Assembly (NCBI GenBank): GCA_023205875.1
Contig: CP060756.1
Span: forward strand, 1,054,001 to 1,118,000
Reading direction: 5' to 3'
Origin: Chloropicon primus
Taxonomy: Eukaryota
DNA length: 64,000 bases
Made by a program: the position numbers and the translations under genes. The first letter of the stretch is position 1, and the number at the start of each line of letters is the position of its first letter. The notes under the pieces are model-generated. The model searched no databases and had not been told where the DNA came from. It was given only the letters and a program-made list of their open reading frames with translations. Of the stretch, positions 21,008 to 29,953 are shown piece by piece.

Positions 21008-21674
21008 GGAACGAGCGAGTACGCAAGAAGCGTCCGTGCGTGTGCGTGCGTGTGTGTGTGTCGCGCGACGACGACAGCCAACGTTGGGGTCGCGCACGCG
21101 GTTCTGAGAGAAGAGGAAGACAAAAGAAGAAGAAGAGGAGGAGGAAAGAGAGGAAAGAGTTAGACCCCACATCATCCTTCCAAGGCGCTCGCTGGTCTCG
21201 GGACCCGAAACCCTTCGCCGTGCGCCAGACGCGAGGGGAATCCTGGACGCAGGGGGCATTGCGTCCAACACCCAGCCCCTCGTCACGACCCTCGCCTCAC
21301 TCACCTCGACGACGACTCAAGAGGGCCTTGCTCACAACCTAGCGAGGCTCCCGATTGGATCTTCTCCCTCCCCTCGTCGGTCGTCCCCCTGAACGGCTCC
21401 TGGATATTTCTTCTTCCAACGAACGTCTAAAGAGTGTGCAAGGATGATGAAAGAGTGTACGCGCGGAAGAGTAGAAAAGAGCCAATCAAGAGGGTCATGA
21501 TGGGGCGAAGGGGGGGGGGTTGAGGTTGGCACCGCGGCGACGCCTTGCCTATCCTCGTGTGTGTGTGTTTTTTTTTTGTTCGCGTGCGTGGGTCCATCGA
21601 GTGGAGTGGCGTGTGGGATTCGGCATTCGTTCACACGTGGCTGACGCGCCTGCGCTCACTTAGAGACCGAAAGC

Positions 21675-24600
21675 ATGCGACCGCGCCGACTCCGTAACGG
21701 TTTTTGGGGCGTGGAGGCGGCCACCACTGCGGTGGGGTTTAGGGCCCTGGGTCTCGCCGCGCTCCTCTTGGTGTGCGTCTGCGCCCGCGTGGTGGCCGGG
21801 GACCACATCGAGGTGAAGATGGGGGTGCTGGGCCTCAAGCCCAAGGAGGGCCAGGAAAACAAGGCCATGCAGAAGTGCGACAAGGTGTTGTACGAGCAGG
21901 TCGCCCTGAGGTTGGCCCTGGAGCACATCGAGATGGAGGACGACTCTATCGTGGACGGCCTGGGCCTGGTGGACCTGCTGCCCGTGGGGTTCAGCACGAA
22001 CCCGCTGTACGTGGGGAGGAGCGCCAGGGAGGTCATCGGGAACGTGACGACGTGGGCCAGGAACAACATCGTGTCGTGCGCCAAGCACGAGGCCATCTAC
22101 GGCATCGAGACGGAGACGTCCGTGATGATGCACGACGAGACCGAGTCCCTTCCGAACACGGTGGACTTCCTGCTCGGGCCGAGGGACGCCGTGAGCTACG
22201 AGTGCGGGATGCTCAAGGAGATCGCCAGCTTGGGGAGGCTGCCGATGGTGACGTGGGGCTGCACCAGCGAGGAGCTCAACATGGGGGTTGCGGGGGAGGG
22301 CGGCTCCGACACCACCACCATAAGCATGCTGCCGGAGAACGCCAAGAACCTGCAGGCCCACGCCATCCTGGACTTCCTGAGGGACCACAAGTGGGACCAG
22401 GGCCACGTCGCGGTCGTGTACAACCAGGACGACAGCAAGAGCCTGCAGCTGATCCAGAAGATGCAGAGCATCTCCGGCTGCAACGGGTCCACCCACGGCG
22501 TGAGGATCCACCCTTACCCGCTGTCGCTCCAGGGGGAGAACTCCGAGGGGGTGAATAAGGCCCTCGCCGAGATCAAGGACGGGAACTACAACATCTTCCT
22601 CTCCACCCTCCAGTTCCGGCAGCTGGCGCCGGTGATCTACAGGGCGTACAAGCTGGACATGGTCGGCAGGGACAACATCTGGATCCACACGAACGACTTC
22701 ACCCCGACGCAGCTGATCGCGGCCTCCACGGACCCGCTGAGCTCCCTGCTGGAGGGGCAGGTCGACGTCGAGGAGGTCGATGCCGACCTCAGGCTCGGGG
22801 AGCTCCTGCAAGGGAGCTTCTCCATCGGGTGGACCCCGGGGGAAGCCGGCTACACCACCACCGGGGCCGGATCCAACCCGTGGGAAAAGTTCAAGAAAGT
22901 CTGGAGCGAGCAGACCCCGGAAAAGTACCCGGACCTGGGGCTCCCCGAGGAGTTCTTTGACTACCCTCCCCTGTCGGCCAACGCGGCGTTGGTGTACGAT
23001 TCCGCGTGGACAGGAATCGTGGCCTACCTGCAGAAGGTGATTGACCAGAGCAGCTTGTACCTGGACGTGGACGGCGATATGGTCAAGTGCAAATCGGGTA
23101 CCAGTTGCATGGTTGAGGAGGACGTTGCGGGCGACGGGATCGTGGGCATGGGCGACCTCTTCGGTCATGACGGTCATGACCACGTTTCCCATTCCGTCGA
23201 TGGGGACGGCGCTCATCCCCAGGACCATCAGCACCACCACGCGGACGGTGACTTTGCCAACTCATCCTTTGCTTCGATGCAGCATTTGCACGTCTGTGCA
23301 GGTTACGGCATTCAAGGCGGGATGGAGTTTGATGGGGTGTCTGGCCCGGTCTACATCACCAAGAACACCAAGTCGAGAGCTCCTACGGCGTACATCATCT
23401 CTGCGATGAACCTCCAGTGGGTTCAAGAGCCCAACAAATCTAGGAGCGAGCTTCGTCCCTTCACGTTTGGGAGGTGGCCTTTCAGCTGGAGCGACAAGTG
23501 GACAAAGTTGTGCTCCTTTCCCGACTATTCTCTGTGGGACACGCGGTCGCAGCTTACGCCACTCAAGTACGGAAGCTCTGAGGTTGCGCCGGAGTACAGG
23601 TCCAGCTATACCACAAACGCTCAGGTTCAGGAGAGAAACAATCAGAGAAGCTGGATCATCATTGGAGTCCTTCTCGGCACCCTGGGCTTGCTCACCATCT
23701 TGTTAGTGTGCTTGTTCTACAGATACCGCACCGCCCACAAGAAGGTCATCAGGAATGAGAAGGTCGCCAAGGACTTTCAGTTTGAATGGGAAACCAATGC
23801 CGGGAAGGCCCTTTCGATGCTGAGCAACATGATTGACAACATCGGGGACAACAAGGACCACAGCATGGGGGACAAGAAGCAGTCCTTTGAGAAAAAGCTT
23901 GCGGAGATCAGGAGGTTCCTCCTTGCTCAAGATGCGCGTGTAGAGATGAGGCAGGTCAAGTCAAGCATCGCGAGGGTTGGAGCGGAGAGATACACCCCAG
24001 AAGTAACGGCCTACCTCATGGAGCAAGCCCTGAATGCCAGCAGGAGGGAGAGCCTGGACGGTGTGTACAGGAAATCGAACTCTTTCAGCAGGATAGAGAA
24101 ATCAAGCATCGAGAATGTGCTTCAGAGATCACTGTCGAAAGGCATGAACACGTCGACGTCAGACGAGTCGACAGAGACAGCAGTGAACGCGATCGAGAAG
24201 CTCAAGAGGAGCTTCTCGTTGGCCAGCACGGAGAATTTGGACATCCTCAACCCTGTCGTGGACTCTGTCGTCGTGGAGCAAGTGAAGAAGAAGTTGATCG
24301 TCTCCCTGAATTTGGCGGCAACGGGGGACGCGTCATTCGATGTTTTCGAGCTGGCCAGGCTGACCGGGGACAGGCCCTTGTCGACCCTCTCCCTCTTCCT
24401 GCTTCACAGGAGAGGAGTTTGCTCGGCACTGAGGCTGAATCAAGAGAAGCTGATAGCTTATGCCGTGGAGGTGGAGAACAACATGTCCGACCACCCTTAT
24501 CACAATCGCAGGCACGTCGCTGACGTCGTTGCTGGTATCTATGCCTTTACCGTGCCCGGGGGGTGCTTGTACGATTTCGTGCAGACTTCCCCCCTTGCAA

Positions 24601-25310
24601 TGCTTGCCGTTGTGTTTGCTGCAACTGTGCATGATTTGCAGCACCCCGGGGTGAACAACAACTTCCTGTGTAAGACGCTCCACCCTCTAGCGATCAAGCA
24701 CTCGGACAAGAGCGTGAACGAGAGCCATCACTTGTCTTGCGCCTTTGACCTCATGTCCCAGGATGAATTTGACTTCATGGGCCAAAGCATGGACAGGGAA
24801 GACTTTCTCACTTTCCGAAGTCTTGTCATAGAGATGGTCCTCGCTACGGATATGAAGAATCACTTTTCCATCCTGGAGAGGTTCAAGAGGCTGCAGAAGG
24901 CAAAGAAGGAGGACCAGGGGAGCCTGGACATCCAGTCAGAAATGAACAGCGTTTTCTCCGTGGCCATCAAAGTCGCCGATCTGATCCACTGCTCAAGGTC
25001 CCTGGAGGTCCACCACAAATGGGTCAATCTGATCACAGAGGAGTTCCTGCTCCAAGGTGATCTCGAGAAGGCAAAGAACATGCAGATTTCACCGGGAATG
25101 GATCGTTCTCAGCCCCCCGGAGCCCTGCAGCAGGTGGGATTCACTGAGATCTTCGTCCTGCCCCTCTTCAAGGCGTGGAGGGAGTACGCCACGATGTTTG
25201 GTTCGCAGGATGGCAAGAAAGAGTCTCAGTTTTACCAAGGCGTGGAATCCAATTACGCATACTGGCTGCACTCGTCGAAACAAAAGACAACGAAGGTGGA
25301 GTCGGTGTGA
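21675..25310 (+). CDS. Single-pass receptor-like class I cyclic-nucleotide phosphodiesterase (signal peptide, PBP/ANF-like ectodomain, TM, PDE)
   Basis: PDE motifs HPYHNRRHVADV, HDLQHPGVNN, ESHH, LATDM, KVADL, EEFLLQGDLEK, QVGF; TM WIIIGVLLGTLGLLTILLVCLFY; ectodomain motifs LLGP, W…VAVVY, ALVYDS, FDGVSGPV. Confidence 0.9.
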   Translation: MRPRRLRNGFWGVEAATTAVGFRALGLAALLLVCVCARVVAGDHIEVKMGVLGLKPKEGQENKAMQKCDKVLYEQVALRLALEHIEMEDDSIVDGLGLVDLLPVGFSTNPLYVGRSAREVIGNVTTWARNNIVSCAKHEAIYGIETETSVMMHDETESLPNTVDFLLGPRDAVSYECGMLKEIASLGRLPMVTWGCTSEELNMGVAGEGGSDTTTISMLPENAKNLQAHAILDFLRDHKWDQGHVAVVYNQDDSKSLQLIQKMQSISGCNGSTHGVRIHPYPLSLQGENSEGVNKALAEIKDGNYNIFLSTLQFRQLAPVIYRAYKLDMVGRDNIWIHTNDFTPTQLIAASTDPLSSLLEGQVDVEEVDADLRLGELLQGSFSIGWTPGEAGYTTTGAGSNPWEKFKKVWSEQTPEKYPDLGLPEEFFDYPPLSANAALVYDSAWTGIVAYLQKVIDQSSLYLDVDGDMVKCKSGTSCMVEEDVAGDGIVGMGDLFGHDGHDHVSHSVDGDGAHPQDHQHHHADGDFANSSFASMQHLHVCAGYGIQGGMEFDGVSGPVYITKNTKSRAPTAYIISAMNLQWVQEPNKSRSELRPFTFGRWPFSWSDKWTKLCSFPDYSLWDTRSQLTPLKYGSSEVAPEYRSSYTTNAQVQERNNQRSWIIIGVLLGTLGLLTILLVCLFYRYRTAHKKVIRNEKVAKDFQFEWETNAGKALSMLSNMIDNIGDNKDHSMGDKKQSFEKKLAEIRRFLLAQDARVEMRQVKSSIARVGAERYTPEVTAYLMEQALNASRRESLDGVYRKSNSFSRIEKSSIENVLQRSLSKGMNTSTSDESTETAVNAIEKLKRSFSLASTENLDILNPVVDSVVVEQVKKKLIVSLNLAATGDASFDVFELARLTGDRPLSTLSLFLLHRRGVCSALRLNQEKLIAYAVEVENNMSDHPYHNRRHVADVVAGIYAFTVPGGCLYDFVQTSPLAMLAVVFAATVHDLQHPGVNNNFLCKTLHPLAIKHSDKSVNESHHLSCAFDLMSQDEFDFMGQSMDREDFLTFRSLVIEMVLATDMKNHFSILERFKRLQKAKKEDQGSLDIQSEMNSVFSVAIKVADLIHCSRSLEVHHKWVNLITEEFLLQGDLEKAKNMQISPGMDRSQPPGALQQVGFTEIFVLPLFKAWREYATMFGSQDGKKESQFYQGVESNYAYWLHSSKQKTTKVESV

Positions 25311-25383
25311 GAGTCGCCGGCTGGCGCATAAAATAAAAACCCCTTTTTACGTTTTCTGTGTGGTGTATAAGTATTAGCAGTAA

Positions 25384-27462
25384 TCACTTTTCCTTTTCGT
25401 CCGTGAGACAGAAAATTTCGCTGTACATTCTCGCAAACTCCTCCACCTTCTCCCGAATCTCTTCTCGGAGGCCAGGCCCCACCCTGACCTCAAGGATCTT
25501 GTCCGCGGCCTTTCCAATGTTTTCCAGAATCTCCTCCTTCTTCTTCTGGAGCAGCTCCACCTTGTTCTCCTTGGCTTCCCTGCTGATGAACGACGAGTAC
25601 CTCCTCATGCTGTCCCCGACCGTCGTCATGAATTGCTTGAAGAGAAAGAACATGCGGCTTGAGATGCAAGCTTGGATCGATGGGCTCAGCATGGGCGCGA
25701 CATCCTCAAGGAGGGAGGAGACTGTATTGGATATCATCTCAGTGCTCCCGGACAGGCTGTTGAACAGGGGCTTGGACGCCTCGCTGTCGTGCCCCACGTT
25801 GTGGAGGAAAGTCACCTGCTGCTCCCCGTCCTCGAGAAGCTGGGCGAACTGGGCGATCTCCGCGGTCGCCTGGAGGGCCACGTCCTGCCCAACCCTCGGG
25901 ACGTAGACCCCAATGGCCGCCATCAGCATGGACGTGAGCTTGTCCTGCATGGCGGTGACGAGCGAGATCTTCGCCCCCTTGCCCGCCAGGGCCGCCTCCA
26001 CGAGGGCGAGGCACACGAACTCCGCGACTTTCCTCAGCTCCCCACCCATCGACACGAAGCTCAAGACCCGCTTCTGAATCCCGGCGCAGAAGGCTTGGGT
26101 CTCCCCCATGCACCAGCACATGTAGTCCGAGGACCACCGGTTGTCCCCGGAGGTCTTGCCAAAGTACTCCTCGCAGTCCCTCGCCGCCCCCAGGAGGACA
26201 GACAGGAAGGTGGAGAGGTAGGCCCCCGCCGTCGGCATCAGGGCCTCCCTGGAGTCCGCCCGGCACCCGTCCCGAAAGTTCTCCGACGTCCTCTCCAGGG
26301 TCCGCGTGTGCCTCTGCAGCAGGAGCCTCCTCGCCTGGGCCGGGGAGCTCGCGAGGGATACGCAGACCACCGCGAGCTCGACCTCCTCCCGGCTGGAGTT
26401 CTCGTCCTCCAGCACGCTCGACGCGAAGCCCAGGATCCTCCCCTGAACCTTCTCGAGCTTGAGGGCCAGGGAGTCCCGCTCCTCCTCCCCCTCCCCGCCC
26501 GGGGCCCCGATCGCGGCCGGCAGCGAGGCGGCGCCCGCCGCCGCGAGGGTCACCGAGCTCCTCCTCCGCCCCTTGCTCTTCTTCTGGCTCTCCGCTTGGC
26601 GCGCCGCCCGCTTCTGCCTCTCCCTCTCCTCCTCCTCCCTCCCCAGGTCCCTCAGGCACTCGATGATGCGGCTCAGGTCCTGGTCCACCACCGTGCACAG
26701 GATCCTGAGGTCCTGCGGCCCGGTTCCGGCCCCGGTCCTCCGGCCTCTGGCGTCGCAGGACGTGGAGGCGCCCTGGGACCCCGACGACCTGGCCTCCGCC
26801 TCCGCGTCGTTGGCGGCGACCTCCTCCAGGTTCAGCCCCGACTTGAGGGTCTCGTACGTCGGCAGCGTGCTCTTCATGAGCGCCACGCACTTCCTCAGGG
26901 CCCCGAGGGTCTTGTGGAGGTCCGCGATCATCTCGGACGTCACGATGAGCTGCTTCTGGTGCTTGAGCAGCTCCCTCTGCAGCTGCTGGCTCGCCTGGTG
27001 CTTGAGCCTCTCGATCTCCGCCCGCTTCCTCTGCAGGGACTTGGCGTCCAGGCCATCCAGCCTGAGGGAGGCCCCGTCCAGGCCGTCCAGGCCGCCGTGG
27101 CCCGAGCCCGACCCGCTCCCCCCCTGCGCCGCTCCGTCCCCGAAGTTCAGGTTCCTCGGCGTCAGGGACGCGACCGCCTTGTCGTTCACGCTCCTCCTCC
27201 TGTTCGTGTGAATCGAGTGCGGCGTCTGAAGCAGCTGCTTGGTGTTCTGCTTCACCGTGCTCCACAGCTTGCCCATCTTCCCGTGCTTCTTCCCCCCCGT
27301 CGTCCCCGTCTTCAGTCCCAAGCTGTCCGGGCTGTCCGGGCTCGTCGGCGTCGACGCCGACGCGAAGAGGTCCTCGCTCCTGGACGTCGTCGCCAGGGCC
27401 AGCGGGGCCGGAACCCCCCCGGACGAGTGCCTCCTCGGCGGCGCCACCCCGCTCACCACCAT
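25384..27462 (-). CDS. Exocyst component EXO84-like
   Basis: Coiled-coil N-region, then WSSDYMCWCMGETQAF…GGELRKVAEFVCLAL, which resembles the plant EXO84 segment (W…TEAF…GGLRAAAEC…IAL). Confidence 0.65.
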   Translation of the reverse strand: MVVSGVAPPRRHSSGGVPAPLALATTSRSEDLFASASTPTSPDSPDSLGLKTGTTGGKKHGKMGKLWSTVKQNTKQLLQTPHSIHTNRRRSVNDKAVASLTPRNLNFGDGAAQGGSGSGSGHGGLDGLDGASLRLDGLDAKSLQRKRAEIERLKHQASQQLQRELLKHQKQLIVTSEMIADLHKTLGALRKCVALMKSTLPTYETLKSGLNLEEVAANDAEAEARSSGSQGASTSCDARGRRTGAGTGPQDLRILCTVVDQDLSRIIECLRDLGREEEERERQKRAARQAESQKKSKGRRRSSVTLAAAGAASLPAAIGAPGGEGEEERDSLALKLEKVQGRILGFASSVLEDENSSREEVELAVVCVSLASSPAQARRLLLQRHTRTLERTSENFRDGCRADSREALMPTAGAYLSTFLSVLLGAARDCEEYFGKTSGDNRWSSDYMCWCMGETQAFCAGIQKRVLSFVSMGGELRKVAEFVCLALVEAALAGKGAKISLVTAMQDKLTSMLMAAIGVYVPRVGQDVALQATAEIAQFAQLLEDGEQQVTFLHNVGHDSEASKPLFNSLSGSTEMISNTVSSLLEDVAPMLSPSIQACISSRMFFLFKQFMTTVGDSMRRYSSFISREAKENKVELLQKKKEEILENIGKAADKILEVRVGPGLREEIREKVEEFARMYSEIFCLTDEKEK

Positions 27463-28033
27463 AGCAAAACGCACCAACACAACACAACACAACAAACAGC
27501 GTTGCCCTCGTCGGTGTCGTTCTCTTCAGGCTCCCTCGCCTTTTGCTTTTTTCGGGGTTCAGAATGAGTGTTCTAATTTGTACACCTTTTGTCTCGCTTT
27601 CTGTCGTTGGAATATAAAAAAAAATCTAAAGAGTAGGTTTTCCCTTGGTGACCTGTTGAGCGGTGGAGAGCGCGTGCTGGGCTGGCAATCCAGCGGTGCA
27701 GAGCAGACCTCCCCTTTTGGAGATCCACGAGAGAGAAAAAATTGAGGACGACGACAGAAGTGGCGGGAAAACGGACGGACAAGAAGATCAAAAAGGTTTT
27801 GTGGCCGGGACGACGATAACGTTGACGGGAGAGAGAGAGAGAGTGGTTACCTGACCTGACCTTGGAAGCACCGAGCGGACGACACTTGCTTGTCTTGCTT
27901 GACGACGTGCGACACGTGTGCGCGACCGTTACGACGAACTGTTGTGGAACATCCCGCCCTATCCACGCGACGAGGACGAGGACGAGGACGAAGCGCGAGA
28001 AAGCAGTTTTTTTTCTTTGAGAGGACGACGACG

Positions 28034-29701
28034 ATGGCGCCGAACTTGCCGAGCAACCCCAAGGGATTGTCCTCGACGACCCCTGACGGCCTTGTGGCGC
28101 CCCCCGCTGCCAAGGTGCAGAAGACGGAGGGGTTCTCCGTGATGGCGGAGGCCAAGCCCGAGCACTACCACGCCGGGAACAAGCTGACGATCCTGGTGGA
28201 CATGGACAACACCCTGTGTGACTGGGAGGGCGCGTTCGAGGCGTGCATGAAGGCCAAGTTCCCCGAGGTCGCCCTGGTGCCCGCGGAGGGGCGCCTGAAC
28301 TGGGACATTTCCAAGGACTACCCCGCGGCCGCGGCGGACAAGGTCAAGGCCGTGAGCGGGACCCCCGGGTTCTTCTCCGAGATGAAGGCCGTGGAGGGCG
28401 GCGTCGAGGCCGTCAAGGCCATGGCCGCCGCTGGCCACAACGTCCTCCTCGTGACGGCCCCCGACCCGAACTTCTACACCCAGTGCTCCCAGGAGAAGTA
28501 CGAGTGGGTGGAGAAGAACCTCGGCGCGGAGTGGAAGGCCAAGGTCGTCCTGACCAGGGATAAGACCACCGTCAGGGGGGACTTCCTGATCGACGACAAG
28601 CCGCACTGCGACGTCGGGGCCCTGGAGCCCGAGTGGGCCCATGTGGTGTTCGACCAGACCTACAACAGGCAGAAGGGCGGCAAGAGGCTCAGCTCGTGGG
28701 CCGCCTGGAAGGACGTCCTCGGCGTGAAGGCCGAGCTGGACTGCGCCGTGTCCAGGAACCCCAGGGCCAGCCAGGAGAACCTGTACCCCAACGGGATCAA
28801 CTTCAGCTGCGTGTTCCCCTCCTTCAACCAGGAGAGCATCGTGAGGAAGACGCTCGCCGGGCTGGTGAAGCAGAAGATCAAGAGCAACTTCAAGTTCGAG
28901 GTGGTCATCGTGGACAACAACTCCACGGACGACATCGACGCCATCTACAAGAAGTACCGCACCAAGCTCGACCTCACCCTCGTGCAGAGGAGGAAGCTCG
29001 CCAACACCTTCTCCGTGCCCAGCGCGAGGAACATGGGGATCCAGCAGGCGAAGTACGACTACATCATCGGCATGGACAGCGACGTCATCCTGAACGAGAA
29101 CTTCCTGGAGAACATGTACCAGTTCCTCTCCAGCAAGCCGAACAACGTGCCCTACATGGTCACCGCGGAGAGGATCTTCGTGTGCACCGAGGGCTGCTCC
29201 GATGACAAGCTCCTGGAGGACTACACCGAGACGGAGAGGTACCCAAGGATCCTGAGCAAAGCGAACTACTTCAAGCCCAGGGACAACAGGTTCAGCCACG
29301 GAAACATCTTGGAGAACGTGGAGAAGGGCTGGCAGCCGTGGGCCTACTTTTACGGCATGCACACCGCCTTCCCCAAGAAGATCTGGGAGAAGATCGGCGG
29401 GTACAACGAGGTGTACGACGGCTGGTGGGGATACGACGACATCCACTTCGCCTGGGAGATGACCGTGAAGGGAGGCTGCCTCCCGACCATCCTTGGGGGA
29501 ACCGAGGTGTTCCACCAGGAGCCTTACGGAAGCCAGTGGGTCCCACTCGGAGGAGTCGTGGACAAGCTCGGAACGAGCAACCCGAGGCTGAACAAGAAGG
29601 ACAACCCCAACTGGCAGAGGATCTGCGACACTATTGAGGGGTACGCCGACTGGAAGACGGATTACTACCAGAAGCTGGCGGGAGATATCGTGACTCTCTA
29701 A
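28034..29701 (+). CDS. Fusion: NT5C-type 5'(3')-deoxyribonucleotidase-like HAD phosphatase + family 2 glycosyltransferase
   Basis: HAD motifs ILVDMDNTLCD, LVTAP, EKYEWV, LTRDKT, LIDDKP; GT-A motifs VFPSFNQ, IVDNNSTD, ARNMG, MDSDV, IGGYNE…WGYDD. One uninterrupted ORF. Confidence 0.9.
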   Translation: MAPNLPSNPKGLSSTTPDGLVAPPAAKVQKTEGFSVMAEAKPEHYHAGNKLTILVDMDNTLCDWEGAFEACMKAKFPEVALVPAEGRLNWDISKDYPAAAADKVKAVSGTPGFFSEMKAVEGGVEAVKAMAAAGHNVLLVTAPDPNFYTQCSQEKYEWVEKNLGAEWKAKVVLTRDKTTVRGDFLIDDKPHCDVGALEPEWAHVVFDQTYNRQKGGKRLSSWAAWKDVLGVKAELDCAVSRNPRASQENLYPNGINFSCVFPSFNQESIVRKTLAGLVKQKIKSNFKFEVVIVDNNSTDDIDAIYKKYRTKLDLTLVQRRKLANTFSVPSARNMGIQQAKYDYIIGMDSDVILNENFLENMYQFLSSKPNNVPYMVTAERIFVCTEGCSDDKLLEDYTETERYPRILSKANYFKPRDNRFSHGNILENVEKGWQPWAYFYGMHTAFPKKIWEKIGGYNEVYDGWWGYDDIHFAWEMTVKGGCLPTILGGTEVFHQEPYGSQWVPLGGVVDKLGTSNPRLNKKDNPNWQRICDTIEGYADWKTDYYQKLAGDIVTL

Positions 29702-29953
29702 GGAGAGAGCCCAAGCGCGAAGCTCGTGGAGCCTGATATCAAGTTCATTTTTGTTTATTTTAGCTTGCCAGAGAAAAAGCAGAAATAAAGGAGAGTCGTG
29801 GTGTAACCGTCACCCGTGACTTTTTTACGTTTTATGTAACCAAAAAGATTTACTACAACTTTCATTGCTTTTTTTCTTCTTCTCCCCCCCTCTTATTGAG
29901 AAAGAATATCAAGAAGAGTGAGTGCGGGCCAAGGCCATCTCGCTGCACGTTGT

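Noticed and set aside
25672..27567. Long antisense/alternate-frame ORFs (e.g. 631 aa, 583 aa; also 27959-29515, 21660-23240, 62466-63980)
   Set aside because: Shadow ORFs expected from high GC3 on the coding strand; low-complexity translations.
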